Source of the DNA: the human T2T-CHM13v2.0 reference genome, Homo sapiens
Assembly: GCF_009914755.1 (NCBI RefSeq)
Contig: NC_060926.1
DNA: 64,000 nt
Direction: 5' to 3' (one strand)
Below are positions 44,401-58,879 of the stretch, piece by piece (positions within the stretch are counted from its first letter, which is position 1; every line of letters begins with the position of its first letter). The notes under the pieces are model-generated. The model had not been told where the DNA came from. It saw only the letters and a program-made list of their open reading frames with translations, and did not search any database. The translations under genes and the position numbers were made by a program.

Positions 44401-47400
44401 TGAGGGGTCCTGCCCAGGTTGAGGATTAGGTGCGCAGAGCCTGGCGTATGCTCTGGGGGTTGGGAGTGGGCAGGGGGATGGCTTCAGAGTAGAAGGGAGC
44501 TGCAGAGATGTGCACGCATGAGCGCACACAAGAGCTACGGGGTCCTGCTGAGTGAGATGTTCTCAGGAAGGTGCACACCGTGCACAAGGAATACACAACG
44601 GGCAGGTGGGTCCGAGCGCTCCTCCCTGTGCCCAATGCACGGTGCCAGGGGAGGACAGAAGCAAGGTTGGGCTGAGAGTCAGAAGCAAATCTGGGCCGAG
44701 AGTCACGCTGGTCTTGGAAAGGCTTGATGAGTGGGCCTGAGGGTACGTTCCGGAACATCTCGATACCAGAAACAAAATAATAAAAAGCCTTTGTTTGTGT
44801 CTTGCTCAAGAGAAGCTGGAGGCCTGTGATTCTTCTCCTTTACCGTCCCTGCCTCCAAATCCAGACTGGAAATGGGAACGTCATTGTGCATCAGCTCGAA
44901 ACTGGGTTGGTGGCCTGCTCTAAACTTGCTGATCCATGTTCCATCAAGGAAAAAACTCACTTGCGGCTCTGTACCTCTCTGAGACGGGGTTCATGCGTTA
45001 GAGGAGTTAGCAGCCTGTTTGGAAGACAAGGGGCCTGAGCTGCATCCCAGGCAGGATGTTGATGGAGGGGATGGCGATTGTCTGTCAATGATGAGGGATG
45101 GGATCCCATGTGCAAAGAGGACCACACTCTCCTGAGAATTTGGGGACCAGGGCTGGTGACTCAGGGAAGTGCAGCTACCACTGTTCAAGGGAAACACAAC
45201 TTGGGAACACGGCTACCCAGATGCTTTTATTCAATCCTCATCCTTTACGGAATCCAGGACATGAAAACCTAATTTGTTTAAAAACTCAACTTTCCTGCTG
45301 TGGGCATCTTAATTTCACGTGCAGTATTTCTCTTTAGTTCCATGTTATCGTGTCTTAAAATGTCCAATTTAGTTACTTAAGGCTCTTCTTTTGCAAAAGA
45401 ATAGAAAGAAAAATGTTAAGGATGCAGGCCCAGGAGACGTTGTGTTATCCCAGGACTTCCACAATAAAAAAGCGAGCTTTCGAAATGATGTGTATCCTGG
45501 TTGGACGACTCTCTCCCTGGTGAATGCCGGTCTGCACCAGCCCCACCTCCTGGCCACTAAAAATCTTTAATATTACATAGTACATACATTCGTTCACCAG
45601 ACATAGCACGTTGAAAAGGCCTGGAGGAGTTTCTCTAAAGATGCAAATCTTGGTACTTTGCTTGTTTCTTGGAGAATCTACAGGGGCTCTCTGCCTTGGA
45701 TGCTTACCCAGGATTCAGGTAGAAGAGTTGCCTGCCCTGGGCTCCCCACAGCACTTGGGTGTGCACCTGTGATTCAGGTAGGAGAGGGGCCTGGGCTCCC
45801 CAGGGTACTTGATTTGTCCTTCAGGTGCAAGTGAGTTCTCGGGTGAGGTTCTATGTTTTGGTGCCTCCCTCTCTGCCACACGGCCCCTTCTTTGTGGAAC
45901 ATGTGTCCTCTTCCAGGCTCTGTTGATGACTTCATATAGAGTGCACAAAGGAACAAAAACAATGAAGTTGACCAAGGAGGAAGCTGGCTGGAGGGTTTGG
46001 AAGGACAGCAGAGCAGGCACAGCTGGAAGGATTTATTTTTCTCTTGCTACCAGAAGACTCAGGACACAATGCAGAAAATACGAAATACATTCATTCATTA
46101 GCTTTCCCATCTCTTAAATGGTTTGACCCAACTGGGCAAGCCCTGGCTGAAGAGATTGGACATCTGGAGTCCATCACTGTCTGAGGCCATGGTGGACCCA
46201 GCTCTTTTCTTTTCTCTGGGGTGAGATATAGTGGACACTCAGCCCTTTAAGGAGCCCTGACCACAGATGAGACAGAAGGTGCAGCTGTGGGTCTTCTCCA
46301 AGAAGAAGACGGCCTCTTCCAAGACTCCTCCAACAGCGCCACCCACTGGGTCAGACTTGTCACTGAGCTTCCAGCAGCTTTCTCTCTAGCGGAAAATGGA
46401 TTCAACCAAAAGATCAAAGATGAGGAAATTTAGAAGTCCATGTGATGCTGGCCAAGCATCCCAGTAAAGGGTATATCCTCTGTGGCTTTGTTTTTCACGT
46501 TACTGGCATTGGTTTGCTTTGTTGGGAAGCTATGCAGAGTTGCACATCACCTTGTAACAGAGGTTGGCTTCCAGTGGGCTGGACGTTTACAAACAGATGG
46601 GAGCCAAGAAAGTGCCGTGAACTTCAGCTCCCTGACCGGGGTCACGGGAATGCCATAAATCAGGCCAGACAAATTCCCATGATGTCAGTCACTCAGCCGA
46701 GTTTCTGGGGGTCATGAGTCTCTTCGCATTTCTCCCCTGTCCCCAAGTTCCAAAAAAACAAATAAATAGATGGAAAGGTTACCTCACAGATCCTTGGCAA
46801 AGACCCCTGGAATAGCACAGCTCTGTCCCGAGTGAAAGTTTACTTCAGAAGATTCTGATGCAATAGAGAAAAAATAAATCGGGTGAGGGAGCCTGTGGCT
46901 TGTGGGGCTCTGCTATCCAGCAGGGCTGGAGCAGGTGCCAGGGTGCAGGGAGGGTGGGGGACCCCGAGGCCCTGGCCAGGGTTCACATCGTCATCCCACT
47001 AGCTGTGGACGTGGGGGACCCTGGCAGAAAGGAAATCTGTCTCAGTGAGCTGTGCTTGTCAGAAATCCTCCCAGTGCACCGGTCACTGCCCCGTTGGGTG
47101 GGTGTGGGTGGAGGGCGGATGGCCACACAGCCGCTTGGGAAGTTCAGGAACGGCTGAACCTCACTAGAGTGAAATCAAGTCAGGCACCCAGGCAGCCTCT
47201 GCAGAGGGCACTAGGGGACTCTCAGCAGCTCAGAACTGTCCTTACTCCTAAGGAGTTTGAAATTAGGAAGAATAAAACTTAGGGGAAAAAATGACTACAA
47301 AGTGTCTCCTGAACTGGCCCTACAAGAGACTGCAGGCTCCAAGTGCTCCCTGTCTGGGTAAACACCTTCTGCTTTCTAGGACTGTCCACTCAGTTATTAA

Positions 47401-47936
47401 GCCCACTGCTGTGTCAGGCCGAAGGTGCAGTGATGGCAGAGACAAAGTCCCGCCTTCGGGGACAGTCCCCAACACAGCAGCAGCTAGATTAGAAAAAATA
47501 AAGATGAGAAAGCCTCTCAGAGCATCTGTCATGGTATCTACCAAAACCTGTCAGGGATAGGAGAAACTCTCTCTCAGTAGGAGCTTAGATTAAATTCTAG
47601 ATAAAATATAAGAAACGTACACTCAGCAATATGCCAAAAGAATAGGGCGCTGTGAAGAAGGTGGATTTATTAGTGGAATATCAGGGCATTCAGATGCCTT
47701 TGCCAGGTTTTTGACACACTTTGGCAATATGTGTCAAAAGCATTCAGATTGCTCAGATTCTTGGATTCATGTATGCAATGAGGCACATCTATAGTCAAAA
47801 AAGGGAATAAAGGGAATCGACTCGAGATACTAAAATGCATCTGAGAAAAATTTAACATATTTCTGTTATTAAAACCTCCCTGTCTGATGTTTAAAATCTC
47901 AATAAGCTATCATAAAGAGATTCTTCCTTACCTTCA

Positions 47937-48980
<1,044 letters not shown>

Positions 48981-51004
48981 GGTACAGGGTAAAGGAGACA
49001 ATGGCCATGAAGACGGTGGATTATGCGGAGCATAATTCCAAAAAGGAATGACCTGGAGGCTGGTTTTGTGCAGGTCTACCCAAGAACAGCCCAGGATGTC
49101 GTTAAAGGCTGATGTTCTCTGTTAGTTGGTAAACAGCTCTCATGGTGCCCTCTCCCCCACTGTACCCCTCCCTGTCCACGCACCAGCAATTCAATAGTTA
49201 ACCCCTGGATCCCTGTGCCACCAGTGGGGGCCCAGGACATCAGCCACCCCAAAGCTCACTTATCTGGGTCTGGCTTGCAGGCAGCCCACTCTTGCCTTTT
49301 ACAGTTATTGTTACACTTTACTTTTTCCTACAATTTTCTAATCTAGAGTGAAATGGCCACCAGAGAGTATAAACGCCAGAGTGTGATGAGAAAAAGAGGA
49401 TGTCGGCTCCTCATCCTAGTGCAGCATGGCCTCCAGAGCTTATTAAGGCCATGGGAATCTGCAGACCCATTCGGCATCCCAGGTCCTGGTGACTGTCAGA
49501 GGCCAGCCTGTGGGGACAAGGGTCACCTCTCGCCACTTGCTGTAGGGCTCTGGCATGGTGTAGGTAGCAGCCCCTGTTGATCTTTTTCTGCAGTGAAGTT
49601 GTGCTCCTCATGTTAACCTGGAGTTTATTCCTCCAGGAGGTAACGCAGAACACAAACCTTTCTCTGAGAACAATAGCAATGCACAGATTTAATTCTGAAA
49701 CACAGGCGCTAATAACTGTCTGTGACCATGGGGACAAATTGAGTGGAGAGGAGGCTGTCCCAGCAGTGGGGGGTCCGTGCTTTCAGCTGGAAACTCAGTG
49801 TGTTCTCTCTTTATAGTCCTCCACCTTCAGGATCTGACTTTCCTCTAATGTTTCTTTAAATGTTAATGTTGGAGCCTGCAGTAAGAACTCAGATAATTAA
49901 ACATACCAATGAGGGCATGTAATTGTGCAGAAGGGCTCAAACACCCAAGGATGAAAAGTGAGACCATAGTTTAAAAAAATTCTAATTGTATAATACCATG
50001 TCGCATGTATGCTTTATACAGAGAAGAATCCAGCGAGCACAAAAGGCAAGCTGACTGAGGTTGTCTCGGCCGTCCTGGGCGGACACACAGCCTTCCTGGC
50101 TCTGTCCCCTCTGAGACTGTGAGCCCCTCCTGGTGGGGCTCTGACCTTGCCTTACCTAGACCCATGTGTCTTAGAGAGGCTTGGAGTCAGTACCTTCTTG
50201 ATGAGACCAATAATCAGGGCTCTGCTGGGCTGAGTGGGGGTGGGGGTAGAACATCAGAAGTGGATGACCTCTTGAAAAGGTGACAGTCCCTCCCTGTCAG
50301 CCCACGACTGTTCTGGTTTCCTCTGGTTCTCCAGTCGTGATTATTAATAGTGCCCCTTTCACTCCCAAAGCTTCTCATTCTACATGTTGGGTCATGTGGT
50401 CATCCTGTCCAGCAAATGCACACCTCCCTCCAGCCGGGACTACCTGGCCACTAGGCCACACTCACCACTCCTTAGGGTCACTTGTGGAGTTTCCTAAAAT
50501 GCCCCTTCCTTGCTCTGCCCCACTACCCATCCCCTATTCTGACATGCCCAGCTAGGAAGGCATGCGCTGCAAATCACTTGCCCAGAAACCAGGGATCTAG
50601 TGTCAAGTTAGTGGTTAGCAGGATCCCCTGGCCATCCTGCACCAGCTGGGTCAAGCACCAGCTGTTGAGTTGTGGACATGGACAGCCCTGCCAGACCTTG
50701 CCCCACACAGGCAGTACCTGTGGGAAGTTCCCTGGACCTGCAGAAGGGCGTGATTGGCTGTCCTGGTGTGGTGTGGTCAGGGAGGGCTTCCTAGAGGAGG
50801 CAGCACTGACCAGCACTCAGAGGTGCAGAGAGCATTCTGCACAGAGGGAGAGGCAGAGATAGTTTATGTGGAGGATCTGCTAAGACTGCCAGCTGGGGCA
50901 TGGTTCAAAACCCAGGAGGAATGAATTCCCTATGGAGAGTGCTTGCCCTGCAGGCAGAGAGGGACCTTCACGGGGCTCTGGGCTGCCAACATTGTAGGGC
51001 GTTA

Positions 51005-52615
51005 TTTAGTGTGAGTGTTAGTGTTAGTATTAGTGTTGGTGTTAGTTTTGATATTAGTGTTAGTATTTATTTATACTCGTGCTAGCGTTAGTATTAGTGT
51101 GTTAGTGTTAGTGTTAGTATTTATTGGTATTGGTGTTAGTGTTAGTATTTATTGGTATTGGTGTTACTGTTAGTATTAGTATTAGTGTTAGTATTTATTA
51201 GTATTAGTGTTAGTATTTATTGGTATTAGTGTTAGTACTAGTATTTATTAGTGTTAGTGTTATTGTTAGTGTTAGTGTTGGTATTTATTATTATTAGTGT
51301 TAGTGTCAGTATTAGTGTTAGTATTTATTTGTGTTAGCATTAGTATTAATGTTAGTGTTAGTATTTATTAGTGTTAGTGTTGGTAATATTTATTAGCATT
51401 AGTGTTAGTGTTAGTATTTATTAGTATTAGTTACTATTTATTAGTGTCAGTGTTAGTGTTAGTGTCAGCATTAGTATTAGTGTGTTAGTATTGGTATTAG
51501 TGTTAGTGTTAGTATTTATTAGTATTAGTATTACTGTTAGTATTAGTATTAGTGTTATGTTAGTATTAGTGTTAGTATTTATTAGTATTAGTGTTACTGT
51601 TAGTCTTAGTGTTAGTGTCAGTATTAGTATTAGTGTTAGTGTCAGTATTAGTGTATTTATTAGTGTTAGCATTAGTATTAATGTTAGTATCTATTAGTAT
51701 TAGTGTTAGTGTTGGTGTTAATATTAGCATTAGTGTCAGTGTTAGTATTAGTGTTAGTGTTAGTATTTATTAGTATTAGTGTTAGTATTTATTGGTATTA
51801 GTGTTAGTACTAGTATTTATTAGTGTTAGTGTTATTGTTAGTGTTAGTGTTGGTATTTATTATTATTAGTGTTAGTGTCAGTATTAGTGTTAGTATTTAT
51901 TTGTGTTAGCATTAGTATTAATATTAGTGTTAGTATTTATTAGTGTTAGTGTTGGTAATATTTATTAGCATTAGTGTTAGTGTTAGTATTTATTAGTATT
52001 AGTTACTATTTATTAGTGTCAGTGTTAGTGTTAGTGTCAGCATTAGTATTAGTGTGTTAGTATTGGTATTAGTGTTAGTGTTAGTATTTATTAGTATTAG
52101 TATTACTGTTAGTATTAGTATTAGTGTTATGTTAGTATTAGTGTTAGTATTTATTAGTATTAGTGTTACTGTTAGTCTTAGTGTTAGTGTCAGTATTAGT
52201 ATTAGTGTTAGTGTCAGTATTAGTGTATTTATTAGTGTTAGCATTAGTATTAATGTTAGTATCTATTAGTATTAGTGTTAGTGTTGGTGTTAATATTAGC
52301 ATTAGTGTCAGTGTTAGTATTAGTGTTAGTGTTAGTATTTATTAGTATTAGTTACTATTTATTAGTGTCAGTGTCAGTGTTAGTGTTAGTATTAGTGTCG
52401 GTATTTATTAGTATTAGTGTTAGTGTGAGTATTAGTGTTAGTATCTATTAGTGTGTTAGTATTAATGTTGGTGTTAGTATTTGTTAGTATTAGTGTTGGT
52501 GTTAGTATTTATTAGTATTAGCGTTAGAATTTATTAGTATTAGTGTCAGTGTTAGTATTTATTAGCATTAGTTAGTATTTATTAGCATTAGTGTTAGTAT
52601 TAGTGCCAGCATTAG
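51005..52615. repeat. About 1.6-kb (TTAGTG/TTAGTA)n satellite-like array containing a 572-bp tandem duplication
   Basis: Hexamer periodicity visible. Identical ORF translations offset by 572 nt (51427/51999, 51482/52054, 51591/52163). Confidence 0.95.
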
Positions 52616-52914
52616 TTCTGGCTGGGCTGGGCTGGTGTCCTGGGTCTGAGCTGTCTGCATCCCCATCTCGGCCCCTCTTGAGCGTCTCTCACATCTGCAG
52701 TCCTGCACAGCCCAAGTCCCAGCAGGAATGCTGCATCTATAAATCCCTACATAAGGAAATGTTATCCGGAGGAGCCACTTGGCCTTTAGATGGGAACACT
52801 GGACATGACGAGGGCTTGAGGGAGGAGAAGGTGCCACCTGCTGTGTGCCTGGGTTTTCCATCCATGAGAGCCCGTGGGCATCACAGCCACTCTGTGAAGG
52901 GACTGCCTGGTTTT

Positions 52915-53052
52915 TCTCTTCCTGTCTCTCTCTCCATCTGTCTCTCTTCCTCTGTCTGACTGTGTCTCTCTGTGTGTCTGTCTCTGTGTCCCTGTCTGTC
53001 TGCCTGACTCTGTTTCTGTCTCTCTCTCTCTGTCTGTGTCTCTGTGTCTCTC
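52915..53052. repeat. (TCTG/TCTC)-rich pyrimidine repeat
   Basis: Directly visible. Confidence 0.85.
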
Positions 53053-54947
53053 TTATGGTCTTATTTAGGGGCACATGGCAAGTCAGATTTAACCCTGGGC
53101 CTCTGGCTCCCAGGTCCCTGTTCATACACCAAGCCCCACTTGCCTTCTTTTCCCTGGGGGGCTCTTTTCCCTCCTCTCCCAGCAGCAGCCCAGGTCTCCT
53201 GAGCCTGAGGGTCTGCTGTCTGCACAGTGCACTGTCCTGTGCTTCCCGAGAGCGTGGGAGTCCCTGGCCTCTTTCCAGCCCATCCAGTGCCTACCTGTGT
53301 TAACTGGACCCAAAACCTCTGAGACCATTCAATAGGGTGGTGGCTGGAAAACAGATCAGTACTTTTTTCCACTTTTAGACTGCAGCCTGGACAGAAATGC
53401 AAACGCCTTGTGTCCTGTGCTGTGCCAGGGTGCCCTGCCTTACAAAACAGACAGCTCTGGAGAAGCATGTGTAAATTTAATTTGGGGTAACATTGACTCA
53501 TGTTAGGATCATTTGAGCCTCTTCACCTTGACTCCGATTGGCCTCCAAGGCAGCACCGACTCACACTCCAGCTTAGCTTGCCTTGGTGCCCTGCCTTCCA
53601 GACCAGGAGTTAATGATCTGTAAAAACACTTAAATTCATGGGGAAAACTCCTTCTTGAAAGGAGCAAATGCGTTTGTAACTTACATATTCCTTTTGTCCC
53701 ATGATGAGGGAACTTCCTGGGAGCCTGTCTGCTTGGAGTCCTGGGAAGTGATATCTTGATTTTAAAAGTCCTCCATGATCAAAGCTTCTTTCAACAAAGT
53801 CAAAGGATGCTTTCTGGGTTGCTCTGCTGGAAGCTGGGGCAGTCAGAGCTGAGGGGCAGATGACCGTGGTCCAGGTGTGCCCCCTGGATGGATGTAGGTC
53901 AGGGAGGTGTGGTCCAGGGTGCAGATGTCTGAGCCCTTCCTGATTTGAGGGCAGCTCTTGACATCATTCCCTCCAGTTTGGGGGTGAGATGGACATGAAT
54001 GTTTCTTCTGTGATTCCTTCTCCTCCAGGTTCTGTTTTTCTGTGAATTCTTCTAGAAACCCGAGCAGGGCCTTTGCGTTTCTGAACCTCCATTTTCTGCT
54101 TTTTTATTTACTTGGGTAGTGCTCGAAGTTCCTTGGAGGACAGCCGCGGTGTTTATGTGACTCTTGTTTTATTACCAGGATTGGGCTGGTGACGGTTCCT
54201 CCCCCCAGGCAGTCACCCCTCGTGGACTGTTTATCCTCGTGGAGACATGCAGGATCCACGAACACCGTGGGAGCCAGCCAGGGCCCCACAGGGCTGCAGA
54301 TGGGCTCCGTTCACCACATTGCTCATTTTAAAAATTCTCTGCTGATTTAAAATCCACTCAGCTTGCTGCTGTAGCTGGTCGTCTCTGAGGAGCTGAGCTG
54401 GCTCGCTTGACATTAAATAGGAAAAATAAGGGAAGAAAAAAACAGAAAGTGAGGGGAGAAGGGACGGGAGATGCCAGAGCTGCAGAGCGAGGCGGAGATG
54501 GCCCAAGCCCAGCCTTATCACTCCCTATCCTTTAACTCCAATAGAAGGAGAAGGATGGGGATTTTGAAGACAGATCAGGGAAAACATTTAGCATTAGAGC
54601 AGAAGAATTTTCTAGAAGCCTGGCCAGGAAGGGGCTCCGAGCACACGGAGGGAGTTGAGTAAGAAGAATTCCCAGCTCCAAGGATCCTGAGAGGACCCTG
54701 GGGAAGACCATGTTGATTCCATGCCTTGCGGAGAGGGAGGCGGTTTTCAGGAATGAAAAGCTGACAGGGTTATGTTGTTGCTGGTTTCCCAGCTGTAAGA
54801 TGCACATAACTGTGGCTTTTCTCTCCTCCTGCATCTGCAAGGCTTCAGTAATTCATGGCCGATCAGAGTCGCTGGGTGAAGCCGGAGTCGTGAGCCGCGC
54901 TGTGGTTTCCGTCCTTCCTTCTCCTCTGCATTAAATGTGATTGGCCT

Positions 54948-55010
54948 TTCCCCTGGGGTTAATCTGAATTCCCCTAGGGTTAATCCAAATTCCCCTAGGG
55001 TTAATCCGAA
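54948..55010. repeat. 3 x 21-bp tandem repeat, consensus TTCCCCTAGGGTTAATCCGAA
   Basis: Units at 54948-54968, 54969-54989 and 54990-55010. Confidence 0.92.
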
Positions 55011-56753
55011 TTCTTCCAGCCTTCCTCCCTTCGGAAATCTGTCCTCAAAGTTCAGCCCCTCCACAGAAGGCACCCCGAGTGCCTACTCAGCTGAACATCT
55101 TCTGGGAAACAATGGGGCCGGCACTTACAAGCCAGTTCTTTAAGATGGGGTCGTTGGCTGCCAGTTGTGCCTGGGCTGAAGTGCCAGTGGGCTGCCAAGT
55201 CTGCCCCAGGGATCCCAAGGCTCCTGGGCCTGGGATTGCAAGACTCTGAGTCAGGGCTCTCCACCTTCACCTGGAGAAGTGAGGTCCCAGTGAGGCCAAG
55301 ACCAGGCCAAGGTCCCCAGACAGCAAGTGGCACAGGTGAGGCCGGAGGGCCGCTTCCCATGCGAGTGGCTTCATGCCATGGGCATGTTCTGAATCTAGGG
55401 CTCTTCTCCGTGTAGGGCTTCTTCCCCTCCCCTGCCTGGCCATGCCATAGAAGTACAGGTTTAAGCCCCAGAACAAGATTCTAGGCATGGTCTGATTCAC
55501 GGGCACGTTCAAGGGTGTGGTTGCCACCCGCAGGCCACCGGACTGGGCTGGCGAGGTGAGAACGGCACCTTCACACCTGCCAGGGGGCTGGGGCAGGCAG
55601 CAGAGGCGAGGCCCATGGAACATAGCTCTATCATGGAGAAGGGCTCAGATGAAGGGTCTGGCTGCTGCTGTCCCACGGTCCAGCAGACCTAGCCCCCAGT
55701 GCTGGCAAAATGTACCTCGCAGGCCTCCCGCAGGTCAGGAGCACAGGGAGCCTTCCGGAAGCATGGCCGGAAAGTGCCTGCTCCCTGGGGCCGGCTCACT
55801 GCTGCCAGAGGAAGATTCCAGGGCTGAGCTGCGCACACCCAGTTGACTCTTCCCAAACCCACCAGTCCGCAGGTCACTCCAGCTCCCCTGAGTGGTGTGG
55901 GTAAGGGGCAGAGCAGGCCAGGGGCATCAGTGGAGCGTCCCCCCATGGAAGAGAATGACCACACGCTCGTGGAGACACGTTTCTCCTGAGAAGCCTGGAG
56001 CGGGTGGGGGTCAGCCCTGGTCCGTTAGGAGCTTCTGCACCTTCTCATGCCTCTCAGCCCTCAGTGCCCTCCCAGATTGTGCAGATGCAGGGAGGCTGCA
56101 CCACTGTGAGCATGAGGTGCCCCCTCCCTCTCAGCGTCCCCATGGCCGGGTCTTCTGAGTGGAACCCTGATTCCCGCCCTGCCTCGTTTGCAGGCTGGAG
56201 GGCCTGGCTCCCCTGGATGGTGGTCAGTCTTCCCTCTCTCCTCCTTCAGTGCCACACAGTACCTGGCCAAAGCCGTCATGCTGCCCGACTCAGCTTGCTT
56301 TATTTAGTCCAGGCAAAGTGGTGGAAAATGAAAAAACTGGCCTTTTGTGGCTTTACAGTGCACATTTGACCAAGGGAAGAATCAGCCCAGAAATGTACAC
56401 TGATGAGTCTGCTATTTCTTGCTAGCTATCTACTGTCCTTGACGTCTACTGCGTCAGCCATAGCACACAGAAGATGTCTGGTCCTAGACACTGCACCGTA
56501 CCAGTGTCTTGTGGGTGTTTGGTGCCTGTGAGCAGAGCAGGAGAGATTCCAGGTGCCATTGAGAGTGATGGTACAAATTCACCATCAGGAGCCCCAAGAG
56601 TCCTGCAAGCCACATTATAAATGCTTTGGCTAGCCCTGGGGAGATGAAGGGAGTATGACTGGGAGGCTTATCAGGATCACATCTTAAAGAGAACCAATGG
56701 GTTTTATACATTTTAAAGTATATTTGTAATCTCAGTTTTAAAATCACATTACT

Positions 56754-57251
<498 letters not shown>

Positions 57252-58499
57252 TTAGTGTTAATTATGTTTTCTACTCAGTTCAGATACCCACAACTGAGGG
57301 TAGACTGTTTGGGGAAAAAGTGGTTTCTTTCTGCATCCTTTTGTTTTGCTAAGTTTCATTTATGAAACTTCTCTGGTCCCTCGTACACAGTATGAGGGAG
57401 AATTCGAATTTCCTCTCAGAAGATGCTGTAAGGGTTGTTAGTGCCTTAAAGATGAGCCCATGTGTACGTGGTATTCCCTCCCCCAACGCAAGCTCACCTC
57501 ACCCCAAATCTAAGGAAGTACACTTCTGGGCTATTGTCTGGAGCCCCGGGGGCATGGGAGGTTTGAGGCTCCAGTGCTTATCTCGGTGAGTGATTCTGGG
57601 AGCCACCTACCGGTTGAGTGGAGCGAAGGGTGGAGACAGAGGGCAGGTGGGGGTGCAACGTTGGAAGGGCCATGTGTTTGGGCAGTGGGGGCTCTGTTCT
57701 CACCACAGATTTCCAGTAACAAGAGACTCTTCCCACCAGAGGAGATTCTGAATGATGCTGCCATTGCCAGACCTTCTGCTACCAAACAGAGCGAAGAGGA
57801 AGAGGGGGCAGTGTTTGGTCAAGACAGCCCACGAAACGTTGGCGGGAGTGAGCACATTAGCAATGGCTAAGAACATGCTTGAATCATTTGTAACAACCCA
57901 GGACAGAGATGCCACAAGAGGACTTTGGGGAAAGGCGAATCCACTCATACATCTTGGAGTTGTTTTTTCAAGTTCAGAAAATGAACCTTCACCAAGGTCT
58001 TGGAACATGAAGCAGAGACTCTGGTGCTGACTCTATCATTTGAGCTCCTAAGGGTACTCATGCCCAGTGGAGCATGCACACCAGCAACACCGCCAACACC
58101 ATCTCGGTGTCCCACCCCTTAGAGGAGGAAGAGGACACAGAGGGGCGCCCGGTAATAACCCTCATTTCCTCTCTTCCACCCCACCACATCATCTTAATAA
58201 AACATGAAGGTAACTGAATGAGTACGACTCCCTCATTATCAATTTAATCCTGTGTCTCTGTTGATGTAGGTCAGTTAAGCTTTTTCATGGGCTCATTCAG
58301 TATCTCGCTCTCTCTGTCTCTTTCCCCATGAGACTTACACTCTTCCGGCCAGATTCTGGTGCCCTGGGCATGTTTAGGAATCAAATCCTGGCATTTGGCT
58401 GAAATTAATGCAATTAAATTATCAGTTTCTCAAATGCCATCTACAAATTACTTTTTTGTTTGTTTTAGACAATCCTTTGTTTTAAAACCCTTGCTTTGG

Positions 58500-58879
58500 C
58501 ACTGGAGGCAGACTTGGTGGTCCTCTGGAAAGTCGACTCTCTCCCTTCACACTCCTCAGAGCCCCTGTGGTTAGGCAGGGCCATAGGACTAGTTCCAGCC
58601 AATGAGATTTGGGAGGAAGCCTCGGCGCAGCTTCCAGGCTAAAGTTCAGAAGAAGCTGTGTGCAGGACGTCAGGTCTCTTCTGCTGCCCCAAGTGCCTGA
58701 AGAGGCCACAGGTTCTCAAGACTGTGGAGGCTCTACCAGCCTGAGTCCCTTCGTGACTGCGTGGAGCAGAGTCCCTGCCAACCTGAATGAGCAAGAAGCA
58801 AACGACTGCTGCATGAACCTCCTGAGATTCAGGGGCTTCTTTGTTGCAGCGTGAAGCCTAACTTGTTCTGCCTGACACA
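58500..58879. mobile_element. MLT1H/I-like MaLR LTR fragment
   Basis: GGGCCATAGGACTAGTTCCAGCCAATGAG; TGAGCAAGAAGCAAAC...CTGAGATTCAGGGG...GCCTGACACA. Confidence 0.6.

Noticed and set aside
49215-49235. CTCF-like GCCACCAGTGGGGGC (also partial matches near 49354 and 58135)
   Set aside because: Mismatches at core positions; cannot be supported without a PWM scan or ChIP data.
51427-52345. Hydrophobic, transmembrane-like duplicated ORFs (LVLVLV/ISISVS)
   Set aside because: Translations of the TTAGTG/TTAGTA hexamer array.
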